Assembly: GCA_000165345.1 (NCBI GenBank)
Contig: CM000430.1
Span: forward strand, 128,001 to 192,000
DNA: 64,000 nt
Direction of reading: 5' to 3'
A program made the translations under genes and the position numbers. Below, piece after piece: positions 27,801-37,498 of this stretch (within the stretch, counting starts at the first letter, position 1; each line of letters begins with the position of its first letter). Under the pieces are notes generated by a model. That model was not told the DNA's origin. It saw nothing but the letters and a program-made list of their open reading frames with translations, and searched no databases.

Positions 27801-30194
27801 CAAATGGAAGAGGAGAGTCAAAAAGAGCTGACTAGATTGAATGAGAGTATATCAGCAATGACTTTAAGGATATCATCAATAGATGAAGAGATAGCAAAAA
27901 GGGAAGCAGTTTTAAGAGAGAATTTATCACAAGTAACAGAGGAGAATATAATACTTAAGAAAGAGACGGATGAATTAAGGCGTATGGAACAAGATTTAAG
28001 GGGTCAGTACCAAAATATAGTAAGGATGCATAGTTTGGATATAGAGAGACTTCAAAATATGAATAAGCAATGTATGGAATTAAAGGAGGAATTAAGTAAT
28101 TTACAAGATAAATCAAAGAAATCAAATGATGAGAATACAAATTTGGTAATGGAGATGCAGAATGATATAGTTAATTTGAGACGTCAATTAGAATCTTATA
28201 TTAAAAAGTATGAGATAGCAAAGACAGATTATCAGAATTTGAGGGATATGATGAATAAGATTAAGACTGAGAATCAACTTCCAAGTAATTTGGAGAATAT
28301 GTTGGATATGGCAATGGTTTCATCTTCATTAACAGATGGTGTTGATATTATTGAAGGTAACGATAAAGTATCTGATGAGAGAAGATTATCAATACAATCA
28401 TCAGTGAATGGAGTACTTGGAAGTTCAGGAGGAGGTTTAACATCTTCATCTTCATCCTCATCATCAGTAACAGCTTCTTTATTACTGATGAGAAAAGTAC
28501 AGACATTGACAAGTTCTGTGGAAGAGTTGGATGCAAAATTGGATGAGTCAAAGATAGAGATTCAGCGTTTAACATTTGAAAGGAAATCTTTGCGTGAGGA
28601 GAATGAGGTTTTACAGAAAAGATTAAGTGAGGAATTAGAGAGAGCATCTGAATTTGCATCAAAAGCTGAAGCAAATGAGAGTACTTTGATTCGTCTTGGG
28701 GAGTTGGTAACATTAAGAGAATCAAATGATAGATTAAGACGAGAATTAATACAAGCAACAGAGAGACATAGTAATTTGGAGAAGCAATTGGAGCAGGAAT
28801 CAAGACAAAGTGATCCTTTGAGATGTGAGATTTCTAAGCTTGGAGCCCAAGTAGAGAGTTTAAAATCTCTTTGTGAGGAGAAATCAGCATTGAGCAAATC
28901 TTGGGAGGAGCAATATAATCGAGTTTTGTTGAATTATGAAAATATGAATCCAAATGAGATTACTCAGATGAAGGAAGAGATAAGTAAGCTTAAGACTCAG
29001 AATGAGGAGTTACGTGATTCTTTGGGAATGAAGGCCCAGGAGATAGAGAAATTACAGACAGAGAAACAACAAGAACATGTAAGTAATGAAGAGCTTCAGT
29101 TAACTAAACAGCAGATGGAACAGTTGAGGAAGGTTTATATGAGTACTAATCAGAAACTGAAAGAGGAAAGGAATAAGTGCACTCGTTTGGAGAATGACTT
29201 GAAGAGACTCAGTTCCCAAGTTCAGGCTCAAAATCAGAATCAGAGTCAGCCTCAAACTCAACCACAAATCCATATGGGCGGTATGGGTTTAAATTCCAGT
29301 TCAAGTAATTCACAGGATGGTAGCAATAGTAACAATAATAGCAGTAGCACAAGTAGTGGTAATAGCAGTAGTTCTTTGGATTATAAGCCTACTGCTCAGG
29401 AGATTAAGAGCATTTCACAGGCAACAGAAAATTTGGTTGACACAGTTTTGAAGTTAGCAAAACTCTCCATCTTGAGGATCGAGTCTGAAGGAGGAGGAAC
29501 GGGAGCGGGAGGAGGAACGGAAGAAGGAGGAGGTAGTTCGTCATCTTTGGCTGCTACATCCTCAGTGAACTCTATAAATCCTTCCGAAAGTGTTGGTACT
29601 GAAGGTAATTCGGCTGGAGTTACTGGAGATAATGCTGCATTTGGTATTTTTACAACTTCTAATAATACTATTGCTACATTTACAACTACATCTTCCTCTT
29701 TAGTTGATTCTTCTACTACTACTAATAATAATAATAATAACAATAACACAGCGGCTTCAAGTAACAACTTTCCAAGCATTGTAGGCTTTTCAGGAGTATC
29801 AGGGCAAAGCTCAAGTGAAATAACGACAACTTCGGCAATGACCTTGCAGCCTCTTCATTCGCCACCTCTGCTACCACCACCTCCACCTCCACCTCCACCT
29901 CCACCTCCACCACATACACTACCTCATTTGAGTCAATCCCAAAATTCTATCTCAAGTCAAAATTCAATGGAGATACAATCTTATACTTCAGGAAGTGGTT
30001 CTATTCCATGCGAAAATTCTTCTGATTCATCAAAACAACAAAGAATTCAAGATGACTTGGCTGGTATTTCTTCCATTCCTGCACAAAAAAAGAGACCATT
30101 AATGGGGGAAAATACTGAAATAAACGAAACAATAAGTAAAAATGTTCAAGAAAATTCTCAAAATAACACTAATACGAATACACAAATCATATAA
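24834..30194 (+). CDS. Giant coiled-coil protein (1786 aa) with Ser/Thr/Asn-rich and poly-Pro C-terminal tail
   Basis: About 1400 aa of uninterrupted heptad-like E/K/L/Q-rich sequence. The tail holds SSSSSSSS, NNNNNNNN and PPLLPPPPPPPPPPPPPH, the last encoded by a (CCACCT)n repeat. Confidence 0.55.
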   Translation: MDQGGELETQEKGGISSAKELLVENKDDGTINLDTSNLLEENKKLKDRIKELEQKHYVDNIQDEGQEERRNQVSILTEQLVHERNENERLHENLNGLQELLVKSKQELLEFQQRVYDSEIISSRSQHESKILEQEKNTLQESLKKYQEEAGIMESRMKELHASKNNIILESTKKISSLEVSCRDFEHKITLIQKSRDELEMEYSKTCDELRRVKSELDFAKGHYEGKIKIKEEAIRLKEEQVQQIQSLLDMSISTAQNLESEMEKLRSGMIEEDRHQDDEALRSSVEGGLREKTQTTTGIGTKLERKQFTDKQALEILIGIFGEEYILSESHSGIDSQLVTQEEEIETGTVTRNSGGRRILIDLLTQLEDYQQSMDDLRHQNQALKADLKECQYHLKVTVPDFELTREKYESLQAENNFAIEQIQSLTQERRTLIHEVSELKTLWQHETKKREIYEEQCKIITQNFNKIINNLNYPANTSEIDPIHENSEFYSYSNLRHDLENKVSDTFKSFEKIDDENLKYNKNIVDKIYSDIVEQNTQLKIQVSRLIEGIELDSQIQIRKLTSDIASYKDQFERIHHERDELVSQYQALITKLEDENANLKREKDSIRESISNDDLQYRKSKDDHDFTPINHEKGIIYDGITNPNIFVKQLGEVTEMCKTLSEKLTSEIESSAQCKSELSRYKAQCEYMESMGERNRKRLDELFQERDGLYMQINDLRRQQDSKDFQVQDLKDRISTKESEIMDLKRENEHQKQNISNLNACILDLRSDIEQGIKQRSQDNALQRDMISQLQGELEGKCVEINSMRKSQDAILQREFEESQRLRQQLRSEHEKYQSMESKLKDLQNEKENLERLLAQIEKDEEIQEKKSRKSISASPIGELFNLSLSSSEYPERRISTRNSIHSSSDNKIDLNDSDEGFKDHSGIDNDEVSELRVQLEESKKLQNYWKELVQSVEKQLETKTRDLDELKIIEENLKGELESRREEAKQMEEESQKELTRLNESISAMTLRISSIDEEIAKREAVLRENLSQVTEENIILKKETDELRRMEQDLRGQYQNIVRMHSLDIERLQNMNKQCMELKEELSNLQDKSKKSNDENTNLVMEMQNDIVNLRRQLESYIKKYEIAKTDYQNLRDMMNKIKTENQLPSNLENMLDMAMVSSSLTDGVDIIEGNDKVSDERRLSIQSSVNGVLGSSGGGLTSSSSSSSSVTASLLLMRKVQTLTSSVEELDAKLDESKIEIQRLTFERKSLREENEVLQKRLSEELERASEFASKAEANESTLIRLGELVTLRESNDRLRRELIQATERHSNLEKQLEQESRQSDPLRCEISKLGAQVESLKSLCEEKSALSKSWEEQYNRVLLNYENMNPNEITQMKEEISKLKTQNEELRDSLGMKAQEIEKLQTEKQQEHVSNEELQLTKQQMEQLRKVYMSTNQKLKEERNKCTRLENDLKRLSSQVQAQNQNQSQPQTQPQIHMGGMGLNSSSSNSQDGSNSNNNSSSTSSGNSSSSLDYKPTAQEIKSISQATENLVDTVLKLAKLSILRIESEGGGTGAGGGTEEGGGSSSSLAATSSVNSINPSESVGTEGNSAGVTGDNAAFGIFTTSNNTIATFTTTSSSLVDSSTTTNNNNNNNNTAASSNNFPSIVGFSGVSGQSSSEITTTSAMTLQPLHSPPLLPPPPPPPPPPPPPHTLPHLSQSQNSISSQNSMEIQSYTSGSGSIPCENSSDSSKQQRIQDDLAGISSIPAQKKRPLMGENTEINETISKNVQENSQNNTNTNTQII
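29862..29913 (+). repeat. (CCACCT)n hexanucleotide repeat, coding poly-Pro
   Basis: ccacctccacctccacctccacctccacctccaccac within the coiled-coil gene tail. Confidence 0.9.
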
Positions 30195-30480
30195 ATTAGC
30201 AAACAGTAATAATTCAAACTATCTGAAACAAAATATTGTTTTTCCTCCTTCTCCCTTCCCTCTGTTTCCTTCTTTAAGAAAAAAAAACAATTTTCTACAT
30301 TCACTTTAAAGTAATTTCCTTGACTGATTTTCATTTGTTGAAAAAGCGCTTCCCGCCTTTTGTGTGCATTATTCATAATACAAAATTACTAATAGTAATA
30401 ATAATAATGTTTTCCTTTAATTTACATAATAGGGCAAAACATAGTTGAAATAAAAATAATGTAATACAAATATGTAATAT

Positions 30481-30498
30481 ATATATATATATATATAT
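30481..30498. repeat. (AT)9 dinucleotide microsatellite
   Basis: atatatatatatatatat in the 3'-3' spacer. Confidence 0.9.
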
Positions 30499-31511
30499 TT
30501 AGCTATATTCTGCGATTTCTTTAATTCAGTCTATTTTATACAAGTTTTACTCTCTTTCTCTTTCTTTTATCAAAAAAAGAAAAAAAAATTCAATTGATAT
30601 AAGTCATATTTAAGACAAAAACTGTTGTTGACTGTATTTAATCCTTTCTTATTTTTTATATTTTTCCCAAAAAAAAACTTCATGTGGAAATTGAAAGATA
30701 TGGGGGTAGTGTAACTTTCATTAATAAATTTAACATAGTAATTATGGATTAATTAAGAAATAATATTAATTACTTAGTAATAATTTAACCAAATTAAATA
30801 AGTAGATATATATTTATGTATTAATATAAATCAATAAATCTAACAATTAAGAATAATTAAGTATTTCTTGATTCATGCCAATATTTGTTTTCATCAATTT
30901 ATATATCACCAGAAATATCTCTTATTTCCTTTTCTTATATATATCATAATAACTTTATATTAACAAAAAAAAAAGAAAAAGAATACATTCACAAATATTT
31001 TCTATTATCATATAACATAAAATATCTGTAACGTTATATTAATATTTGATTTCGAAACCAAAAAAAGACTTGGAGCTTCGAAAATATTTTCCAAAGAAAA
31101 GGAATTAAAAAAAAAAATTAAACAACCTCTATTTTTTGACTCCATTTCATCCCACCATTAGTTAATCAAATTAGGAAAAAACTACACCATTATTTATCCT
31201 GAATTATTCCCTTTTCTCTTCTATTCAAAACCCAAATAAAACAAAGAACAAAAGGAAACAAAAAAAAAAAAAAATACCACGCAATTATAAATTTGGTTGC
31301 ATGCAAAATTATAATATTGACCCCCCTTCCTTTCTTTCTTTTTTCCCGCCTTTCCCCTTTATTTAACTTGAATAATTTAATATTAATTTTCATGTAAATT
31401 AATATTAAAATTAATATTGATATAAGAAAATCACAAAAATTTGATTAATTTAGAATTGCATTCTGTTAAAAAAAATGTTTCCCTTCTTTTTAACAATAAA
31501 AACTACTATTA

Positions 31512-34500
31512 TTAAACACCAAGGCCTCTGAATAAATCAAGTAATTTTGAATCAGAAGAAACAATTTCTTCACTGAAATTATGATTTTTGTTATTTTTAT
31601 TGGAAAAATATTCTTGTAATAATTCACCATTTCCAATTAAATGATCACTTGTAAAAGGATTCCAATTACAAGATGACATCTTTTGTGAATCATTATTATC
31701 ATTAGTATTAGTATTATTGTTATTGTTATTATTATTACTATTGTTATTATTTTTGTTATTACTACTATCATTATTACTATTACCATCATCATTGTTATCG
31801 TCATCTCCTGAAATATTATTAAGTTCTCTATATTTCAAAATTTCATTCTGACCTAGTAATGTTTTTGAATCTAATAGAGATGAATGAGAAGATAATGAAG
31901 TACAAGTTGATGAATTTTTGTTATTAATCCACATATTTCCACGATTAATATCAGTTTCAAGACTTAAACCAAGACCAAAATTAAGATTTACACCAAAATC
32001 TAAATTCTTCTCATTATTATTTCCTCCCTTAATTGTTGTTTTATCAAAAATATTTAATGATATATTATTTTTGTATTGATCTTCAGCTCCTAATCCTTTA
32101 GTAAAATTGTTATTTATATTACTATTCCCTATATATTGACTTTCAAAATCTTCATCTTTATTTTCTTTCTTTTTTCCCTCTTCATCATCAATACGATCAT
32201 TTGAATTCCCAAACATTTGATAATATCGATAATTATTATTTAAATTATCAAATTGATTCTGTTTTTTCTTATTTTGATTTGATTGAATTGGGTTAATTTC
32301 TGATGATAATAATAAGTTGCTTGGACTATTACAGTGGCTCTGTTTGCCAAAACTAAATTCTTTATTTATATTACCACCAGTTTTCATAAAGGTAAAATTG
32401 CTCGAACTATTAAAATCACTACAATTATTATTATTCATTGATTTTCGACGATAATTACCACCACTATTTGACCAAATAATGTTATTATTGTGTAAGTTTG
32501 ATGGAAATGTATGGATTTCACCATTATTTTGAGAATACATACTTTTTATTGAAGATGATGAAGTTGATAACAATGATTTATTATTATTATTACCATTATG
32601 TTGACTAACACTACCACTATAATGAAGTCCAGAATAATCATAGTTTGAATTTATCATATCAAAATTATTAACACTATTAGAATGATCTGTATATAAAGAT
32701 GACATATTTTGAATACCATTCATGTAATTATTATTATTATTATTACGACGATTATTCATATTTGAACTCCAAGATGTTTGAAATGGTGAAGTATTATTAT
32801 TACCAGTAAAACAACTTTGATTAGAAATTAAACTTTGTTGAGCAAAATGTAAATGTTGATGATGATAATGATGATTATCATTTACATTACGACTAGCATT
32901 TTGGCCTTGTCCATATTGGTTATGAGACCATCCATGGTATCCATTATTACCAATACCATTACCAATGCCATTACCAATACCATTGCCATTACCGTTACCA
33001 TTACCATTACCGTTACCATTACCATTACCATTAAAATAACTATTATTATAATTATTATTATTACTAACAAAGCCATTAAAGTGATTGTTATTTTGGTGAG
33101 TTTTTTTTGATGAAGATTGATAATTTTGAAATCTACCAACATCTATCATTCCCATTCCTGATCTTCTTGTTCCATCAAAATTCGAAAAGTTACCTTCTTT
33201 GTTATTATATCCAATTAAGTTTTTTGTATGATTAATATTATTATTACCATTTAATCTACCATTTGAAAAAGCACCTCCTAATCTTCCAGAATAAAATTCA
33301 TTTTCTCTTGTTTGAACATATCCTCCTCCTAAAAGACGATTCTGCATAGAATTGTGTTTACGTTGTTGTGAAGATACATCCATAACACTCTTATCTAAGT
33401 TCTTGAAAGATTTCTGTCCTAAACCTGAAAAAGAAGAAACATCCATACCTGATGAAGAAGATTTCATTACTCTAGTATTCATATTACTAGCTCTGAATTC
33501 TCCTCTTATTCCTCCCATTCTTACTTCTCCTTCTTCTTCCTCTCCTACTCCTACCCCTAATCCTGCTCTTCTCCCTTCCTCCTCCATTGTCCCATTAAAA
33601 CCGGAACCATGACCAGGACCAGGGCCAAGACCAAGACCAATATCAAAACCAAATCCAAGCCGACTAAACTCCGCTTCTTGTCCTTGTAACAAACTATATG
33701 ACATCTTCCGAACTACATTATTGGAATTCAAAGATCTCGAGTAGTTATTATTACAGCTTACTGGAAGTGGAGGCGGACTTGGTATACCACTACTGCCACT
33801 AATGCTATTATTACTACTACTACCAACTCCACCACCAATACCAACGCCACCAACATTAACACCACTACCACCACTACTACCACCACCAACATCACCACCA
33901 CCACTGCTCTCAAAGCCACCCATCTCCACCACCGAGTTGTTTGACGCTGAAAACGATGAAAAAGATGGGTTTGAATTCATATTGGAATTTGATGTTGAAG
34001 CAGACAAATTCCCCCCGGAATTACTTAAACCATCATCTAAACTTTGGTTAGACGAAGTTATAGTGGAAATTGATGAAGAATATGGACGACATGATAGCAT
34101 ACCAAAAATATTATTGTTAATACTTTTGTTATTATTATTATTATTATTATTAATAAATCCCATATTAATATCGGTATCTAAGGTACTGATATTAAAATCA
34201 TATATAGAATCTAAAATGCCATCATTATTATTGCCATTACCATTGTTCACGTTATGTTCGGAAATCGAATTCAAATCAAAATCTTGGATTCCTGATTCTT
34301 CCTCCATATTGAATTCATCCTCGGTTTCATCATCAGAAGAAATAAAACCAACATTACTCACTGATGACTGAATCACAGTATCTATATCTAAAATCCCTGT
34401 TAATGATTTTGTATTTAAATAATGTTGAATACATAATTTAACAAATTTGTTTTCTACTTGAAGAGATTCTGGATTTCTACTCCACTTTGTATGGCAAATT

Positions 34501-35597
34501 GGACAATTCTTAAATGGACGATTCTTTATCTTCTTAAAAGAATATGGGGAACAACAATTCACGGAATTTGATACGGTTGTTTGATCTGAAACATTTAATA
34601 ATCCATCTGTTTCATAATCATCATATTGTTTCGAAATTATTGAAGGAGATTGTAATGCATTACTATTACTATTATTATTAGGGTTCAAATTAAAATCGTT
34701 TTTTGATGTATTTGAATCCAAATAAAATATCTCATCCACATTAATAATGCATTTCCAACATAATATATGATTACATATACTTTTAATAGGTTCACTGGTT
34801 TTTTTTTTACATTTCTGACAATAATCAGAAAACATATCTTTTCTAAACACTTTAAGCATTAGATTTCTTAAATTCTTATTCAAGTAATCCAAAGTAATAC
34901 TTTTGTAAAATTCGTGAGAGTTTAACAAAGAATAAGCATCCAATGGATTTTTTATATGTCTGTTGATTGAAACTTTTTTTCTCCTTTTTTTTAGTACTTT
35001 TATTACGGCAATACTATTCCAAATAATATAAGATCTTAATTTTGCGAGTTTGCCACAACATTCTAATAAGTTGTATAGCCATTCTATGACTCGCTTATCA
35101 TGTACTGATATTTCTATACCAGGATTTACTATATTTGAAAGAGATGAAAAGAACATGAATGATGTATTACCATTACAATTATTATTATTTTTATTGTTAT
35201 TATTATGAATAACATTTCCAATACTCTCACTAAAATGATCTCCATGAAAAACATTCATTTGACCAAAATTTTGATGACAAGATAATAATAGGCTCCAAAT
35301 GTCTCTAGACAAGATGCATAATAAGTCCCTAATATAATTGATATCTCGATTATACATTGCGTCCATTCTGTTCATATCTCGCAGTAGTATATCCTTAAAT
35401 ATTAAATCATATCTTTGAGCTTCAGTCCAATTCTCTTGAGACTCTTGCTCAGAAACCCAACGTATTTTTCGAATTAATAATTTGTAATTTAAATATCTAG
35501 TACCTCTATTATTTCTTGCTTGGACTTGTATTCCTTTAGAGAATTTTACAATCTCCAAGCCAGACTCGGAAATTCTTACGTTTGGTTTATTCGTCAT
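31512..35597 (-). CDS. RING-finger (C3HC4-like) protein with very long Asn/Ser/Gly low-complexity regions
   Basis: The track start at 35621 is TTG. The first ATG at 35595-35597 gives MTNKPNVRISE. Zinc-ligand pattern CQKC...CNHILCWKC...CPICHTKW. Contains (GN)n/GIGN repeats and poly-N. Confidence 0.55.
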   Translation of the reverse strand: MTNKPNVRISESGLEIVKFSKGIQVQARNNRGTRYLNYKLLIRKIRWVSEQESQENWTEAQRYDLIFKDILLRDMNRMDAMYNRDINYIRDLLCILSRDIWSLLLSCHQNFGQMNVFHGDHFSESIGNVIHNNNNKNNNNCNGNTSFMFFSSLSNIVNPGIEISVHDKRVIEWLYNLLECCGKLAKLRSYIIWNSIAVIKVLKKRRKKVSINRHIKNPLDAYSLLNSHEFYKSITLDYLNKNLRNLMLKVFRKDMFSDYCQKCKKKTSEPIKSICNHILCWKCIINVDEIFYLDSNTSKNDFNLNPNNNSNSNALQSPSIISKQYDDYETDGLLNVSDQTTVSNSVNCCSPYSFKKIKNRPFKNCPICHTKWSRNPESLQVENKFVKLCIQHYLNTKSLTGILDIDTVIQSSVSNVGFISSDDETEDEFNMEEESGIQDFDLNSISEHNVNNGNGNNNDGILDSIYDFNISTLDTDINMGFINNNNNNNNKSINNNIFGMLSCRPYSSSISTITSSNQSLDDGLSNSGGNLSASTSNSNMNSNPSFSSFSASNNSVVEMGGFESSGGGDVGGGSSGGSGVNVGGVGIGGGVGSSSNNSISGSSGIPSPPPLPVSCNNNYSRSLNSNNVVRKMSYSLLQGQEAEFSRLGFGFDIGLGLGPGPGHGSGFNGTMEEEGRRAGLGVGVGEEEEGEVRMGGIRGEFRASNMNTRVMKSSSSGMDVSSFSGLGQKSFKNLDKSVMDVSSQQRKHNSMQNRLLGGGYVQTRENEFYSGRLGGAFSNGRLNGNNNINHTKNLIGYNNKEGNFSNFDGTRRSGMGMIDVGRFQNYQSSSKKTHQNNNHFNGFVSNNNNYNNSYFNGNGNGNGNGNGNGNGNGIGNGIGNGIGNNGYHGWSHNQYGQGQNASRNVNDNHHYHHQHLHFAQQSLISNQSCFTGNNNTSPFQTSWSSNMNNRRNNNNNNYMNGIQNMSSLYTDHSNSVNNFDMINSNYDYSGLHYSGSVSQHNGNNNNKSLLSTSSSSIKSMYSQNNGEIHTFPSNLHNNNIIWSNSGGNYRRKSMNNNNCSDFNSSSNFTFMKTGGNINKEFSFGKQSHCNSPSNLLLSSEINPIQSNQNKKKQNQFDNLNNNYRYYQMFGNSNDRIDDEEGKKKENKDEDFESQYIGNSNINNNFTKGLGAEDQYKNNISLNIFDKTTIKGGNNNEKNLDFGVNLNFGLGLSLETDINRGNMWINNKNSSTCTSLSSHSSLLDSKTLLGQNEILKYRELNNISGDDDNNDDGNSNNDSSNNKNNNNSNNNNNNNNTNTNDNNDSQKMSSCNWNPFTSDHLIGNGELLQEYFSNKNNKNHNFSEEIVSSDSKLLDLFRGLGV
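32947..33031 (-). repeat. Imperfect (AATGGT)n hexamer array encoding (GN)n / GIGN repeats
   Basis: On the plus strand accattaccaat[a/g]ccattaccaat... repeats about 14 times. The two mirror antisense ORFs 32853..33142 are artefacts of it. Confidence 0.85.
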
Positions 35598-36579
35598 TGC
35601 TCTTTTCCTTAAAAAGAACAAAATTTCTATTAATAATAGTTTCTTTAATTATTTCAAAAAAAAAAAACAATATATTTATATATATACTTTTGATTTATAT
35701 ATTGTTTATTTAGAATGTTAATGCATGCATAAATCTTATATTATTTATACCAAAATTAAACAAGAAGAAATGTTCAATCCAATTATTTTCCTCTTATTAA
35801 TATTATATGTATAAAATATACTTATCGATTTATTTCTTGTCCTTCTAAAACAGTAATCTTTTTGATACTCTTAACTAAGAACACAACTTGAATTATTCAA
35901 TAATCAATGATCTAATGTAAACATGTAACAACACTGATTAGTCTTTTGTATATTATATATTATATTTTGTATTCACACATTAATACATACATTCGAATAA
36001 TACTAATAAATAGTATGTATTTGTGCTAATACTTAACATAAAATATAAATATATATATATAACTAGTCCAATCAGCTGCTGTTATCTCGTACGTATAAAT
36101 GTTAAAGTTATGAAACACTTTAATTCATCTCCTATAAGACAAGACCAACAATTTAATTAAAGGGTTTGAGTTTCAACTTCTTGATAACATAAGAAAAAAA
36201 AAGTTTACTTTCTTTCTCTCCCTCTCCCACTTGTAATTCACTCACTTATTTATCTGCCTAATTTGAATATAATATAATATGAGATATATTTCATTAAATG
36301 CCCTTATATAATGATTATTTCTCCCTTAACCAAAGAAATAAAAAAAAAAGGAGAGGTAATAGAGAATGATAATTATAATAAAGTGAAAATATATAGATGA
36401 ACAGAATAAAATGAGACCCAACTCCCTTCTTTCTCTAATTCACCTTTATAATCACCTTGCTATTATTTATTAACTTTGTATATTCCAAAAGGTATTAATT
36501 TTAATCACTTTCTGTTTGTTAAGTATGTCAATTATTAGATAGGTGTTTCTTAACCTCTAATATTACATACATTAAGATA

Positions 36580-36662
36580 TAAATATATATTGTAAATGTA
36601 AATATAAATATAAATATAAATATATATATATATATATTTATATATTATATTTATATATATGT
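36580..36662. repeat. AT-only compound microsatellite (ATAAAT)n(AT)n
   Basis: aaatgtaaatataaatataaatataaatatatatatatatatattta... read directly. Confidence 0.85.
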
Positions 36663-37209
36663 AATTCCAAGATTACTTTTTTTTTCTTTTATATATTTAT
36701 GTTTTTTTCTCCTTTTTTTTTCCCCTTATTCTTCTTTTTCCGTCCTTGAAATTCAAACAATATTTAATTTACTTATTTTTAATTTTACTATTATTGATTT
36801 CTAATGTTATTGGCCTTTAATTAGTATCAAAATCATTATTATTTTTTTTATTTAATTTATAAATTATTACGCCAAGTCTCATTTAGACAAATTATTTTCT
36901 TGACATTTTATATCTTTTCTAATATTTATTAATTATTAAGAAATAAAACAATAAAATAATAATAATAATAATTCTGCAGGATTTTACCGCCTAACACGTA
37001 ATTTATATAAAAATTAATAATTAAAATAGCCCGGGCAAATTGGGAACAAATAATTTTGCATGGCTAGGGTTAACATGTAGATTATTATTAAATTTTTTTT
37101 TTTTGAATGAGTGGCGATGGTAGTGGGAATGTAAAGAAGAAAAGAAATACGAAGAAGAGAATTTTGAAGGAAATGGGTGTGGAGAAAAGAAGGATGTAGA
37201 TAAGTGTGA

Positions 37210-37355
37210 GGAGTGGGAGGAGGAATGAGAGAAGTAGGGGTATGGGGAATGGGAGGAATAGGAGTAGGGGTGAGAGGAGGAGGAATGAGGAGTATGAGGA
37301 ATGAGGAGTGAGAGGAGGAATGAGGAGTGAGAGGAGGAATGAGAGGATATCAATA
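37210..37355. repeat. Degenerate purine-rich minisatellite (about 19-21 bp unit GAGGAATGAGGAGTGAGAGGAG, roughly 6 copies)
   Basis: Tandem units are visible on the plus strand. The 119-aa SSHSS-rich minus ORF 37021..37380 is its translation artefact. Confidence 0.75.
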
Positions 37356-37498
37356 TCGTGACAGGTTTTGACAAGACCAATCTTTATCTAAATTTTGTGT
37401 TCTTTTTTTTTTTTTTGAAATATTTATTAGTGAATAACTCACTAGTGAATTAGTTAGTAAATTATATAGTTGGTTAAATTCCTATTATATACTCTGGA

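Noticed and set aside
37021-37380. 119-aa minus-strand ORF rich in SSHSS
   Set aside because: It is simply the translation of the purine-rich minisatellite (GAGGAATGAGGAGTGAGAGG)n. It has a non-coding composition and sits in a spacer.
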